Assembly (NCBI GenBank): GCA_017614375.1
Contig: JAGABZ010000013.1
Span: forward strand, 12,414-76,413
DNA: 64,000 nucleotides
Source: Spirochaetales bacterium
GTDB lineage: Bacteria > Spirochaetota > Spirochaetia > Sphaerochaetales > Sphaerochaetaceae
Direction: 5' to 3'
Position numbers and translations under genes: made by a program. This document shows positions 54,901 through 64,000 of this stretch, piece after piece. Below the pieces are notes generated by a model. The model was not told the DNA's origin and made no database searches. It saw only the letters and a list, made by a program, of their open reading frames with translations. Positions within the stretch are counted from its first letter, which is position 1, and every line of letters starts with the position of its first letter.

Positions 54901-56229
54901 ATGAGCACATATCACCACAGTCTTGCCATCAGGGAGCGCCTGTGCCACGGCTGCACCCACTGCATGAAAAAATGCCCCACCGCCGCAATCCGCATCGAAA
55001 AGGGCCGTGCCCAGGTGGATTCGGCAAAGTGCATCAACTGCGGTCAGTGCATGCAGGCCTGCGCCAACAACGCCATCGGGGTCGAGCAGAGTCCTTTTGA
55101 GATGCTCTTTTCGTTCAAGCAGCGCGTGGCCATCGTACCGGCGGTTTTCTTTTCCCAGTTCGAAGAGGAAATCACCAACAAGCAGATCTGCATGGCCCTG
55201 TACGACATCGGGTTCACCCATCTGTACTTCGCCGAGTTCGGCATCGACATCCTCGACGTCCTGGGCGTTACCGAGCCTGAGGACGTGCCCAAGCCGGTAA
55301 TCTCCAACTACTGCCCGGCGGTCAAGCACCTGATCCACACCCGCTATCCGGGGCTGGTCCAGCATCTGTCCCGCCTGCGCGCGCCCAGCCAGCTGACCGC
55401 CATCCTGGCCCGGGCCGAGGTCGACCTGCTGTCCGGTTCCCCCGAAGACACGGGTGTCTTCCTGATCACCCCCTGCCCCGCCAAAATCGCGGAGCTCAAG
55501 ACCGAGGAGAGCGACGGCATCATCACCGGCCTGTTCGACGGGGTTCTCAACCTGGACACCGTGTACAACATGGTCCGCAACTCGCTGACCAAGAACCGGC
55601 GCCGCTTCGCCGCCGCGCTCGAGGACACGATTCTCCCGCCGATGACGGCGCGGGCCTGCAAATGGAGCCTCATCGCCGGCGAGAAACCGACCGACACCCT
55701 GCGGCGCCTGGCAATCGACGAAATCCACCAGGTCATCGACTTTCTGGAATACATCGAGGAAGAAGACGACCTGACCATCGACTTTCTCGAGCTTAAAAGT
55801 TGCGCCGAGGGTTGCGTGGGTGGAATCCTCTGCACGAGAAACAAGTTCCTGGCAAAGGAGCGCCTGACCCACCTGGTCACCCAGTTCCCCGAGACTCTGG
55901 ATGACGCCACCCGGGCCCGCATCCTGGCCCACGCGGACCTGCTGCGGGAAAACGTCTACGAACAGGAGCCGGAAACCGACGAGTCAATCAAACTGGACGA
56001 AGACCTGGAGGTGGCGATCCACAAGATGGAAAAGGCCCGCCGGATTGTGGCGGCCCTGCCGGGAATCGACTGCGGCCTGTGCGGCGCTCCGACCTGCGCG
56101 GAACTTGCCCGGGACATCGCGCAGAGTTCTGCCAGCATCCGCCAGTGCGCCGTGCTCCGCCTCAAGGACCCGAAGGAACTCAATACCCTCGCGCGGATCT
56201 GGGGTGAAAAAATCTCAACCGAGAGCTGA
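54901..56229 (+). CDS. [FeFe]-hydrogenase-like sensory protein (2x[4Fe-4S] ferredoxin + Fe_hyd_lg_C-like domain)
   Basis: 'CHGCTHCMKKCP'/'CINCGQCMQAC' ferredoxin motifs; H-cluster-like 'TPCPAK' and 'ELKSCAEGCVGG' but L1 is 'SNYCP' not 'TSCCP'; C-terminal 'CGLCG..C..C'. Confidence 0.7.
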   Translation: MSTYHHSLAIRERLCHGCTHCMKKCPTAAIRIEKGRAQVDSAKCINCGQCMQACANNAIGVEQSPFEMLFSFKQRVAIVPAVFFSQFEEEITNKQICMALYDIGFTHLYFAEFGIDILDVLGVTEPEDVPKPVISNYCPAVKHLIHTRYPGLVQHLSRLRAPSQLTAILARAEVDLLSGSPEDTGVFLITPCPAKIAELKTEESDGIITGLFDGVLNLDTVYNMVRNSLTKNRRRFAAALEDTILPPMTARACKWSLIAGEKPTDTLRRLAIDEIHQVIDFLEYIEEEDDLTIDFLELKSCAEGCVGGILCTRNKFLAKERLTHLVTQFPETLDDATRARILAHADLLRENVYEQEPETDESIKLDEDLEVAIHKMEKARRIVAALPGIDCGLCGAPTCAELARDIAQSSASIRQCAVLRLKDPKELNTLARIWGEKISTES

Positions 56230-56401
56230 TTCCACTGACTGCGCTCCGGTGGGTAGAAAACCGCGCTTTTTCCCGTTTCGCACCCACTTCGGTGGGTAGA
56301 AAAATGCTTTTTTGCGGGAAAAAGTCCACTTTTCCGATTCCTGCCCGATCTACGAGTCCGGGCAAGTCCTGACCGGTTCCCGCATAGGTGCCGGTTAACT
56401 G

Positions 56402-59302
56402 TCAGACATTGAGAGTGATGGTCCCGGGGAGTAAAAAGCCCTCCGGGCGCAGGCGCTCCTCCGAGGCGAAGACCAAGGTGCGCACGCCCGGGCCGTCCAT
56501 TGCCTTCAGAAGCTCCCGCGCCTGCTGAACGATGTCCTCTGCTTTCAGCTCCAGTACCGCCCTGAGCCTGCTGCGCAGGCGCTCCTCGGACATCCCCAGG
56601 ACAAAGCTCTTACGGGCCTCGCCGCAGATGTCGGCAGGCGACCGCGGCCTCAGCTCACGGCCGATGAGGGAGATGATTTCGGACAGGACGACCCCGGGGT
56701 CGGCCGCGCCGGCGGCGACCGAGGCAACGGCGTTGCGGAAATCCTTCAGCGTGCCCCCGATTCGGGGGTCGCGGTAACTGGAAAAGCAGAAACAGTCGTT
56801 GTAGGCCGACATGCGGGCATAGGCCATGTACGCCCCGCCGCCGCGGACGCTCTCCCAAAGAGCATTGTCCGAAATCATGGCTCCGAGAACGATCTTTGCC
56901 ATTCTCTGTTTGTCGGTCTGCGGCCCGAGAGGGACTGCGACACCGTTGTAAGACACCTGACCGGGTATGATGAATGACTCCTTTTCACTGTAGGGGGCGG
57001 TCCTGTAGAAATCAGGGTCCGGAACCACCGGTGTGGCCGGGCCCGGGTCCAGGGCCAGGGCAAACGCTTCAAATGCCGAGACGCACATGCCCAGGTCGTC
57101 CGGGTCGCTTCCCGTCTGGCCCTCGAGCCTGAAGCAGCAGAAAACCCTGGAGCGCAGAGCCTCGAGTTTCGCGGCGGTTTCCCCGACCGGGGCTTTGTCG
57201 ATTTCGCAGAGGAACTGCCACTGGCGGATTCCGGTCAGGACTTCCTGTTCATTCGAGGACGGATTGAGCGGCGCCGTGACCCGGCGGAGGGAGAACACGT
57301 TGGCCAGTTCGATGAAGTTGGCCTTGAAGTCGGTCAGCAGGTCCGTTACCGCGGCCTTTATCCTCCCGGTATCGGAGACATCGGTATCCCGAAGCATCCG
57401 CGCCAGGAATGCCAAAGCGGCGGGAGTGTCCTCTCGGGTTGCCTTGGCGGAAAGAATCACCATCGAAACAGGCCTGCCGTCTACGGTCATGGCGCAGGCG
57501 GGAGCGAGCAACGAACCTCCGGTCAGTTCCTTGAGCCTGACGGCGACGGCCGAATAATCCAGCTCCCCAACCCCTGTCATCCACATCAGCCTGGTAAGAA
57601 GCGGCAGCAGAAGGTGTTCTTCCTCGCTCAGGTCCCTCGTATCGAAACTCATGTTGAAATAGCAGATTCCGTTGGTGAACATCGTCTGCGTGTAAAGAGT
57701 GCGCCCGGCGACGACACTCCGGTCATACGGGAAATACCTGAACGCGTCCCCGAGGTCCTCAAGCTTCAGATGCCCGACCGAGGCCAGGGCCTGCGGGCTG
57801 TCGGGTTCGTCGCGGAAGGCCTTCAGATGCTGTTCCTGCTTTTCAAGTTCCGCGTCATCCGCCGGGCCGAGTTTTGCCTTGAGCTTTCCGGCGATGTTCT
57901 TCTCGTAGTTTTCATCCGGATAGACGGTCAGAAGCATCCTGCGGGGGTTGTTCAGGAGGTTGCGTTCAATCCACTTCTCCAGATAGCGCGGATCGGCGGC
58001 GATTGCCTTTTCCAGGTCCCTGAACCCCGCCGTCGTACCGATGGAGATGAACGGATCCCCGCTCTCCCCCAGCCAGCCGCGCAGGGCTCTCGAGCAGGCG
58101 CTGTATCCGATCGGCATGTATTTGCGCTGGACTTCCCTGAGGGAGAAAGCCTCCGCCTTCAGGGTCGCACGGATCAGATCCGGGTCGATGCCCTCCTCAC
58201 AGATTTTCCGGAGGGTGTCCATGATGAAGGTTTCGATTTTTTCCGCGTCCTCACGTCGGGCACCGGAGAAACCGACGGCAAAGGGAATGCGGAAAAAACC
58301 GACGCCCATCCCGCTGGAGTCGCTGAGGTCTTGCCCGAGACCGCTCTCGGTGATTGCCCGGTACAGGGGGTTGCCCGGGTCGCCGAGGAGCACCTCGACC
58401 AGAAAGGACAGGGTGCCGGCATCCAGCCGGCTGTCTTCGGGACAGGTCGCCCAGCATACCAGGACCGACGAGGAGTCGGATGCCGGACCGGGGACATCAA
58501 GCCTGAACGGGGTGTCCTTAGTCAGCGCCGTCCACGGCCCCTGCGTCGGGGCGGCGGTCCGTCCGGCGAGGTAGTTTTCCTCCAGGTACCGCAGGTAGGG
58601 GGCGATGTCCAGATCGCCGTACATAAACAGGCGGCAGTTGGACGGATGGTACCAGAAGCGGTACAGCTCCAGGTATTTCTCATAGGTCAGATCGGGAATC
58701 TCAAGGATGTTTCCGCCGCAGTCGTATCCGTACGGAGTCCCGGGAAACAGCCCCGCGCTGGAGTAGAAGCCCACAAGTGACTCCTGGTCGGAGCAGTTGC
58801 CCTTCATCTCGTTGAAAACCACCCCGTCAAAGCCCTCAGGAGTGCGGCGGATACCCTCCAGCATGAACGATTCACGCCTGAGAAGCGGGTCGAAAACGGC
58901 GTCGGCATAGACCTCGAAGATGTTCCGGAAATCCTTTTCCAGAACCGAGGCAAACGGATAGAGGGTGCAGCCCGGACTGGTCATGGCATTCATGAACGTG
59001 TTCACGCTGCCGCAGGAAACCGCCATGAACGGGTCCTTGACCGGAAACTTCTTCGAGCCGCTGAGGACGGTGTGCTCCAGGATGTGCGAAGCCCCGTTCC
59101 CGCTTGAGGCCAGGGTCCTGAAGATGAAGCAGCAGAAGCGCTCGCTGTCGTCGTTCTTCACGTGGAGGACTTCCATCCCCGTTGCCCGGTGCCGGTAAAG
59201 CAGACCGGTGCCGTGGTAATCCGGCAGTTCGAGAGTCTTTACAAGATCAAAAGTAGATGAAGGTCCTGATCCGGCTGAATGCGATTCGGACATACAGGTC
59301 AA
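56402..59302 (-). CDS. M16-family (PreP-like) zinc metallopeptidase
   Basis: Inverted zinc motif 'HILEHTVLSGSKKFP'; ~965 aa. Confidence 0.85.
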   Translation of the reverse strand: MTCMSESHSAGSGPSSTFDLVKTLELPDYHGTGLLYRHRATGMEVLHVKNDDSERFCCFIFRTLASSGNGASHILEHTVLSGSKKFPVKDPFMAVSCGSVNTFMNAMTSPGCTLYPFASVLEKDFRNIFEVYADAVFDPLLRRESFMLEGIRRTPEGFDGVVFNEMKGNCSDQESLVGFYSSAGLFPGTPYGYDCGGNILEIPDLTYEKYLELYRFWYHPSNCRLFMYGDLDIAPYLRYLEENYLAGRTAAPTQGPWTALTKDTPFRLDVPGPASDSSSVLVCWATCPEDSRLDAGTLSFLVEVLLGDPGNPLYRAITESGLGQDLSDSSGMGVGFFRIPFAVGFSGARREDAEKIETFIMDTLRKICEEGIDPDLIRATLKAEAFSLREVQRKYMPIGYSACSRALRGWLGESGDPFISIGTTAGFRDLEKAIAADPRYLEKWIERNLLNNPRRMLLTVYPDENYEKNIAGKLKAKLGPADDAELEKQEQHLKAFRDEPDSPQALASVGHLKLEDLGDAFRYFPYDRSVVAGRTLYTQTMFTNGICYFNMSFDTRDLSEEEHLLLPLLTRLMWMTGVGELDYSAVAVRLKELTGGSLLAPACAMTVDGRPVSMVILSAKATREDTPAALAFLARMLRDTDVSDTGRIKAAVTDLLTDFKANFIELANVFSLRRVTAPLNPSSNEQEVLTGIRQWQFLCEIDKAPVGETAAKLEALRSRVFCCFRLEGQTGSDPDDLGMCVSAFEAFALALDPGPATPVVPDPDFYRTAPYSEKESFIIPGQVSYNGVAVPLGPQTDKQRMAKIVLGAMISDNALWESVRGGGAYMAYARMSAYNDCFCFSSYRDPRIGGTLKDFRNAVASVAAGAADPGVVLSEIISLIGRELRPRSPADICGEARKSFVLGMSEERLRSRLRAVLELKAEDIVQQARELLKAMDGPGVRTLVFASEERLRPEGFLLPGTITLNV

Positions 59303-60680
59303 ATGCCTCCCTTATTGCCTCGTCACGGGTCCCGGCTCCGGCAATGGTCTGCACCGTGCCGCTTTCATCCAGGACCCGGCCGTCGGCGGTCGAGATTGAG
59401 AGCGAGCCGTTGGCGATTACCCAGAACCGGCCGCCCGCCTCCTCGACCTGTCCGATTGCCACAACACAGCGGATTACATGTGTGCAGCCCTCAACCGCCG
59501 ATGTCGCGTATGCGTAGAAATCCTCGTCGTCGTCATCGCTGGCGTAGTCGAACGGGGCCGTCTCGATTCCGTCCGCGGCCAAAAGGCCCGACAGCATCAG
59601 GGTGCTCGGGTTCAGATCGCCCTCAAAGGCCAGGGCATCGCCGGTCTCGTTGTATTCGGACACGCACAGGGCCAGCTGCTTCCCCGAAAACGGACTTTTC
59701 AGTTCATACTCCAGCTCCATGTCCTTTTTGCGAAGCGACTGCTCGATCTGCAGGACGCTGCTGTCCGGCATGACGCTCTTGAAGTACTCGTACTCCTCCC
59801 CCAGATCGAGGGAGAACGAAACGGTTCCCTTGTTCACAAGCCCGCCGTTGGGGCTGAGGAAGTCAAAATACCCGCTGCTTCCCGTGGCGAAGACGTAGCT
59901 CTCCTGATAGACCTCGCCGTCACCCCGCCCGGCACTGAGGGTGGCCCGGATCGTGGCGTTGACGATGTCCGACGGCAGAATCACGTAACGCCGCTGGACG
60001 GTAATCCGGCATGAAGCCCTCGAGGCGTCGATGCCAGTCATCCTGATCTGAAGGTTGTCTATGAGATTGACGACCCGGGTGATCAAAGCGTCGGTCGAAA
60101 TCGTTGTCACATCGTTCTCATAGGCAATCGCGGCAGTTTTTAAAAAGGTCTTGACGGCGTCCACATCGCGCTCGGTCTGGTAGCATTCCTGAGCCGAGAG
60201 CACCAGGGCGTCAAGGTCGTTTATCAGCTGCTCCCGTTCAAGGGCCACGACCGAACGGCTTCGGGCCAGACGGCTCGAGCTGCCGACGGCAAGCAGATAC
60301 ACGGTCGTTTCACCCTCTACGGTCTTTTCCGCCCGGTTCTGGATAATCAGTGAAAAGGCGGAAATAGCCGAAGTCGACGTCAGTTCGCGGAACTGGTCAT
60401 CGGTCAGCTCGGCCCCGAGATACTCTGCCAGCTGATTCGAGATGTCGACATAGGCCTTCAGCCCCGCTCTCTGGACATCGGCATCGGTCCCCGTCCCCAT
60501 GAAGGCCATCCGTCCTTCCGGCGGGTCGTAGGAAAAGACCCACACAGGCAGCCCTTCGTTCTGGGCCTTCACCTCCAGGGACAGACTGGTGCAGGAGGCA
60601 CAGACCATGAGGCACAGGACGGCCAGACAGGCCGCTGCCCACCTCGGAAACAGTGCTGTTTTCCCGGCTGTCCTTCTCAT
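59247..60680 (-). CDS. hypothetical lipoprotein
   Basis: Lipobox-like 'LMVCASC' after signal peptide; start placed at 'MRRTAG'; overlaps M16 gene start by ~55 nt. Confidence 0.45.
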   Translation of the reverse strand: MRRTAGKTALFPRWAAACLAVLCLMVCASCTSLSLEVKAQNEGLPVWVFSYDPPEGRMAFMGTGTDADVQRAGLKAYVDISNQLAEYLGAELTDDQFRELTSTSAISAFSLIIQNRAEKTVEGETTVYLLAVGSSSRLARSRSVVALEREQLINDLDALVLSAQECYQTERDVDAVKTFLKTAAIAYENDVTTISTDALITRVVNLIDNLQIRMTGIDASRASCRITVQRRYVILPSDIVNATIRATLSAGRGDGEVYQESYVFATGSSGYFDFLSPNGGLVNKGTVSFSLDLGEEYEYFKSVMPDSSVLQIEQSLRKKDMELEYELKSPFSGKQLALCVSEYNETGDALAFEGDLNPSTLMLSGLLAADGIETAPFDYASDDDDEDFYAYATSAVEGCTHVIRCVVAIGQVEEAGGRFWVIANGSLSISTADGRVLDESGTVQTIAGAGTRDEAIREAFDLYVRIAFSRIRTFIYF

Positions 60681-61630
60681 AAGGTCCGCGTAACCCCCGC
60701 TCCGAAATCGTTCTGCCGGTACGTACCGGCCGCCGACGTTTCTATTCTGCGCACATAAAACACACTCCAGGACCAACCGGCGCTGAGGCTGTGCTCATAG
60801 GCAAATCCGTACTGGGCGCACCAGAGAGCCTTTCCCTTGGAATCCAGACCGATGCCGGCGTCGGCCTCGGCGCATATGCGGGCATCGGCGAGCATGGTGA
60901 ACGCCGCCCCGGTCAGGCGGTACAGGCTCAGGGAGTATCTCAGCCCTGCCAGGATGTTGAGTCCCAGACCGTACGTGTACGAAACCCGGATCTCCGGTGA
61001 AAGAGGATAGGAAAACGACGGAGAGAATCCGAGGCGGACACCGGCTGAGGAAGTGCCCACGACCAGCCCGAGCGAAACCGGGGACGGGCTTCGGCTGAGT
61101 TTCATTCCGGTTGTAAGCGACGGGGCGTAGACACGGTCGAACAAAGCCAAATCTCCGTTGTCACCCCGCTTTACGAGAACCCCTCCGTTGTCCAGGGTAA
61201 AGAACGTTCCGTCCGGGACTTCGGATGAAAGGCTCCGGGAAACCAGTTCCCCCCGGTAAACATAGTCCAGGCGGTCATCGGGGTCCGTTGCCGTGACAAA
61301 AGCTGCTATATCCGACTCAAACTGCAAAATCAGGACATCGGCAATCTGCTCTGCGGTCATCCGGTCATCAAAGATGCCCATCGCCCTCAAAGCGACCTGT
61401 CTTTCGTCCACGGTCAGAGTCACAAGGACTTCCGAAACCCCGTCATCACCGGTGACGACCTGAACGCTCAGCCCGGTTTCCCCGTCCTTTCCCAAACCGG
61501 AAAGCACCTTCCCCACAGCCCGGAGCGCTCCGTCCCGGACAGTCTGCTCATCAGCGCAGAAAGCACAGGCGCAGGATACAATCAGAATCACAAGGACAAG
61601 AAAGGCCCGCTTCATTATTCGGCCCAGCAC
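60677..61630 (-). CDS. hypothetical secreted protein
   Basis: Signal peptide 'MKRAFLVLVILIVSCACAFCA'; beta-rich C-terminus. Confidence 0.45.
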   Translation of the reverse strand: MLGRIMKRAFLVLVILIVSCACAFCADEQTVRDGALRAVGKVLSGLGKDGETGLSVQVVTGDDGVSEVLVTLTVDERQVALRAMGIFDDRMTAEQIADVLILQFESDIAAFVTATDPDDRLDYVYRGELVSRSLSSEVPDGTFFTLDNGGVLVKRGDNGDLALFDRVYAPSLTTGMKLSRSPSPVSLGLVVGTSSAGVRLGFSPSFSYPLSPEIRVSYTYGLGLNILAGLRYSLSLYRLTGAAFTMLADARICAEADAGIGLDSKGKALWCAQYGFAYEHSLSAGWSWSVFYVRRIETSAAGTYRQNDFGAGVTRTL

Positions 61631-62844
61631 CTGATAATCTGCCCGACGAGACGGAAGGCCTCGTGCATCGCTTCAAGCGAGGCCCACTCATTCAGGCTGT
61701 GGAAGTTATAACCGCCGGCGAAGATGTTCGGGCAGGGTATGCCCCTTTCGGCCAGTCTGGCTCCGTCCGTACCTCCGCGGATCAGCCCGACCTGTATCGG
61801 CATTTCCAGCTCTCCGGCGGCCTTCATCAGCATTTCAAGCGGAACCGGGTCGGCGTCGTTGGCCTGCTGCATGTTTCTGTACGAAATTGAGGATGAGAAA
61901 TCAATCCTGGAGCCGGGGTACAGTTCTCCGATGGTGTTGCTGAGGGTCTTAAGGACATCAATCCGCCTCTGAAGCCCGTCAAAGTCAAAGTCGCGGAGCA
62001 TCAGCTTCAGCCGGACCGACTCGACCGAACCTTCGATCGAATAAGGGCAGTAGTACCCCAGACGGCCGTCGGTAGCCTCGGGGCTCTCCGACTGGGGGAG
62101 AGAACTTACAAAGGCGCTGGCCATCGTCAGGGCATTTACCATCCTCCCCCGCGCGGCACCGAGGTGGGCCGAAACTCCGGTGAACCCGATGTTGACCGTG
62201 GCGGCGTTGAAACACTCAGTCTCGATCCGGTAGCAGGCACTCCCGTCCAGGGTGTAGACAGCCCGGCTCTTGAGCCTGTCCATCGGGAAATGATCCATCC
62301 CCATCCCGGTTTCCTCGTCCGGGGTGAAGATCACCTGAACCGGTCCGTGCTTGATCGAGGGGTTCTCCATCAGGACGCGGACGTTTGACATTATGACGGC
62401 CACACCGGCCTTGTCGTCCGCGCCGAGAAGCGAGGTCCCGTCGGTTACTATCAGCGTCGTGCCGCGGTACTTCTCCAGATCGGGGTTTTCCGCGGTCTTC
62501 AGAACCAGATCGTTTCCCAGGACAATGTCGTTGCCGTCATAGCTCCCGATGACCCTGGCATGGACATTGTTTCCGTTGCAGGCGCTTGAGGTATCGACAT
62601 GGGCCATGAAGGCCACCGACGGGGCATCCGAGCCGTTGGCCGGGATATTTCCGACGACAAACCCGTTTTCATCCAGTACGGTGTCCTTCACCCCCATTGC
62701 CAGCAGCTCGTCCCTCAGGGCCCTGAGCAGGTCCCACTGTCCGTCGGTCGAAGGATGCTTGGCCGGCAGACGGGTCTCGTCGCTCATCGTGTCGTATTTC
62801 GTGTATCTGACAAATCTCTCAAGCAGGTCCTTTCTGGTGTCCAT
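61615..62844 (-). CDS. pepT: peptidase T (tripeptide aminopeptidase, M20B)
   Basis: 'ERFVRYTKYDTMSDE' N-terminus, 'AHVDT', 'GADDKAG' M20 motifs. Confidence 0.9.
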   Translation of the reverse strand: MDTRKDLLERFVRYTKYDTMSDETRLPAKHPSTDGQWDLLRALRDELLAMGVKDTVLDENGFVVGNIPANGSDAPSVAFMAHVDTSSACNGNNVHARVIGSYDGNDIVLGNDLVLKTAENPDLEKYRGTTLIVTDGTSLLGADDKAGVAVIMSNVRVLMENPSIKHGPVQVIFTPDEETGMGMDHFPMDRLKSRAVYTLDGSACYRIETECFNAATVNIGFTGVSAHLGAARGRMVNALTMASAFVSSLPQSESPEATDGRLGYYCPYSIEGSVESVRLKLMLRDFDFDGLQRRIDVLKTLSNTIGELYPGSRIDFSSSISYRNMQQANDADPVPLEMLMKAAGELEMPIQVGLIRGGTDGARLAERGIPCPNIFAGGYNFHSLNEWASLEAMHEAFRLVGQIIRCWAE

Positions 62845-62923
62845 GGGTACTCCTCGCGTTTCCGGCCCTCAGCGGGCCGGAACACAGTCGCATTATCCCA
62901 TAAACAATCAGTTGGCACAATCG

Positions 62924-63754
62924 CTACACATTCAGATTGTAGGTCTCCAACATCGGCTTGAGGATGTCGATTGCCTGGTATATGGCATAGACGCAGAGGA
63001 CTATTCCCGTCACCACGGGCCCCTGTTTGAGGGTGGTGCCCATCGTGATGACGGTCGTGGCTATGGCGTACTCGGCCTGCGGCAGGGTGATGACCTCCTG
63101 AAGCCATTGCTTGAAACTCTCATCGCCGCTTCTGCCGAACTTGTAATGCTCGTAAATCGACAGAACCGTCACGGCGGTGGCTCCGGCGGCTATCGAGATG
63201 CCCGCAGCGGCGGCGACCTTGCCCCAGAGCATCACCTCCGGCATGAAGCAGTAGACTATCCCCGCCGTCATGAGCACTATCGACTTGACCGCCAGTTTCT
63301 TTACGTCGGCAAAGAACTTCTCCTGCTGTGCCACCGGCAGACCCTTTGCCGCCTCGGACGCGACCCCCTGAAGCTCCTCCTCCAGCTCCCGGGCCTGTTG
63401 CTCGATTTCGGCGTAGGTCTGTGCATCGACAAGTCCCCTGGCCTTTTGAAGAACCCCGGAGGCGTCCTCAGCGTCCTCCACGGCAGCGCAGAACTCGATG
63501 TAGGCCCTGCCGTTCTCCTCCTCAAGCGCCCTGGCCACTATCGTGTCCGGGTCCTCATCAAGCAGAGCCGGGTCGATGTCCAGATACGAACTGATTATCC
63601 CCTTCTGAGATTCGACCAGGCCGGACACCCTGCCGATCAGTTCGCTGTCCGACAACTCGCGGCGCTTGATCGATACGTTTTCCACCGAGCAGCCGGTCAT
63701 GCAGACAATCAGCAGCAGTATCAGGGCAAAGCGGGCCCGTTTATGTCTTTTCAT
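62924..63754 (-). CDS. hypothetical lipoprotein
   Basis: 'MKRHKRARFALILLLIVCMTGCS' lipoprotein signal; alpha-helical Glu-rich body, C-terminal TM helices. Confidence 0.5.
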   Translation of the reverse strand: MKRHKRARFALILLLIVCMTGCSVENVSIKRRELSDSELIGRVSGLVESQKGIISSYLDIDPALLDEDPDTIVARALEEENGRAYIEFCAAVEDAEDASGVLQKARGLVDAQTYAEIEQQARELEEELQGVASEAAKGLPVAQQEKFFADVKKLAVKSIVLMTAGIVYCFMPEVMLWGKVAAAAGISIAAGATAVTVLSIYEHYKFGRSGDESFKQWLQEVITLPQAEYAIATTVITMGTTLKQGPVVTGIVLCVYAIYQAIDILKPMLETYNLNV

Positions 63755-64000
63755 CTTCTTCCTCCCTCAAGAGAATCCACCCCAGAGCCAGCCTGACCCT
63801 GAAGGTTCCGTAGTCCCTGTATCCGGAGCGGATCATCGAGTACTCCTCCCTGAACGCCCCGGAGGGATCCCTGAATACGGCCTCCGCCCGCAGGCAGAGG
63901 TGCTCACTGAAGCTCCACACCCATCCCAGGCTGACCTCGTTGAGCGAGAACAGGGACTGCTGCAGTTGCCTCTGCCCCACCTCGAATCCGAAGTGCAGCA
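63741..64000 (-). CDS. hypothetical protein, 3' end only (gene starts beyond window)
   Basis: ORF open to window edge; overlaps downstream lipoprotein gene by 14 nt. Confidence 0.3.
   Translation of the reverse strand, partial: LHFGFEVGQRQLQQSLFSLNEVSLGWVWSFSEHLCLRAEAVFRDPSGAFREEYSMIRSGYRDYGTFRVRLALGWILLREEEDEKT

Noticed and set aside
53849-55932. 341 aa and 366 aa minus-strand ORFs across the priA end and the DRTGG/HATPase/hydrogenase-like genes
   Set aside because: They overlap three well-supported plus-strand genes that have RBSs and conserved motifs; the translations are low complexity.
57614-58780. 388 aa ORF antisense to the M16 peptidase gene
   Set aside because: Shadow ORF; the sense strand carries the HxxEH zinc motif protein.
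62549-63796. 415 aa plus-strand ORF overlapping pepT and the lipoprotein gene
   Set aside because: Shadow ORF spanning two minus-strand genes that have clear signal-peptide and M20 signatures.

Overview
This 64 kb window looks like a high-GC (~60%) bacterial chromosomal segment. It is densely packed with mostly housekeeping and saccharolytic genes. I could not assign taxonomy from the sequence alone.

Housekeeping and metabolic content, in order along the window:
- Two heterodimeric ABC exporter gene pairs.
- GH1 beta-glucosidase and GH2 beta-galactosidase genes.
- A CobW-type zinc-chaperone GTPase with a long His/Asp tract, and glutamine-dependent NAD synthetase (nadE).
- A minus-strand run from ~20.1 kb to 36.6 kb, the first 5.9 kb of which is a translationally coupled hslO-rlmKL-histidine kinase-sigma54 response regulator operon.
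- fmt-def, glpK, and a cdaA-ybbR-acpS-truA-udg-priA gene chain.
- A DRTGG / HATPase / [FeFe]-hydrogenase-like sensory triad.
- A PreP-like M16 peptidase and pepT.

The stretch that stands out is ~30.4-37.4 kb. It has visibly lower GC (~45-55% by hand count) and ends at a tRNA-Arg(CCG) gene. It carries a co-directional four-gene cluster:
- a large TIR-domain protein (zinc ribbon + TPR-like helices + TIR + four transmembrane helices + coiled coil);
- a small ribbon-helix-helix (RHH) protein;
- an SPFH/band-7 protein studded with zinc-ribbon motifs;
- a polytopic membrane protein.

Both promoter regions of this cluster share TGTAATC-type repeats. Downstream of the tRNA lie two ~220 bp direct repeats that begin with tRNA-3'-end-like sequence and contain nested hairpin/T-tract modules. 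I flag this as the best candidate for an undescribed membrane-associated TIR-based system. The alternative reading is an envelope-stress module.

A second small lower-GC islet at 8.1-9.8 kb carries a triple palindromic repeat. Other second-look items:
- an orphan DinJ-like antitoxin;
- a class II (self-inhibited) Fic protein;
- an aldehyde:ferredoxin oxidoreductase (AOR)-family protein apparently lacking the canonical cluster cysteines.

No CRISPR array, rRNA, integrase or transposase was seen. Many long antisense ORFs in the track are high-GC artefacts.
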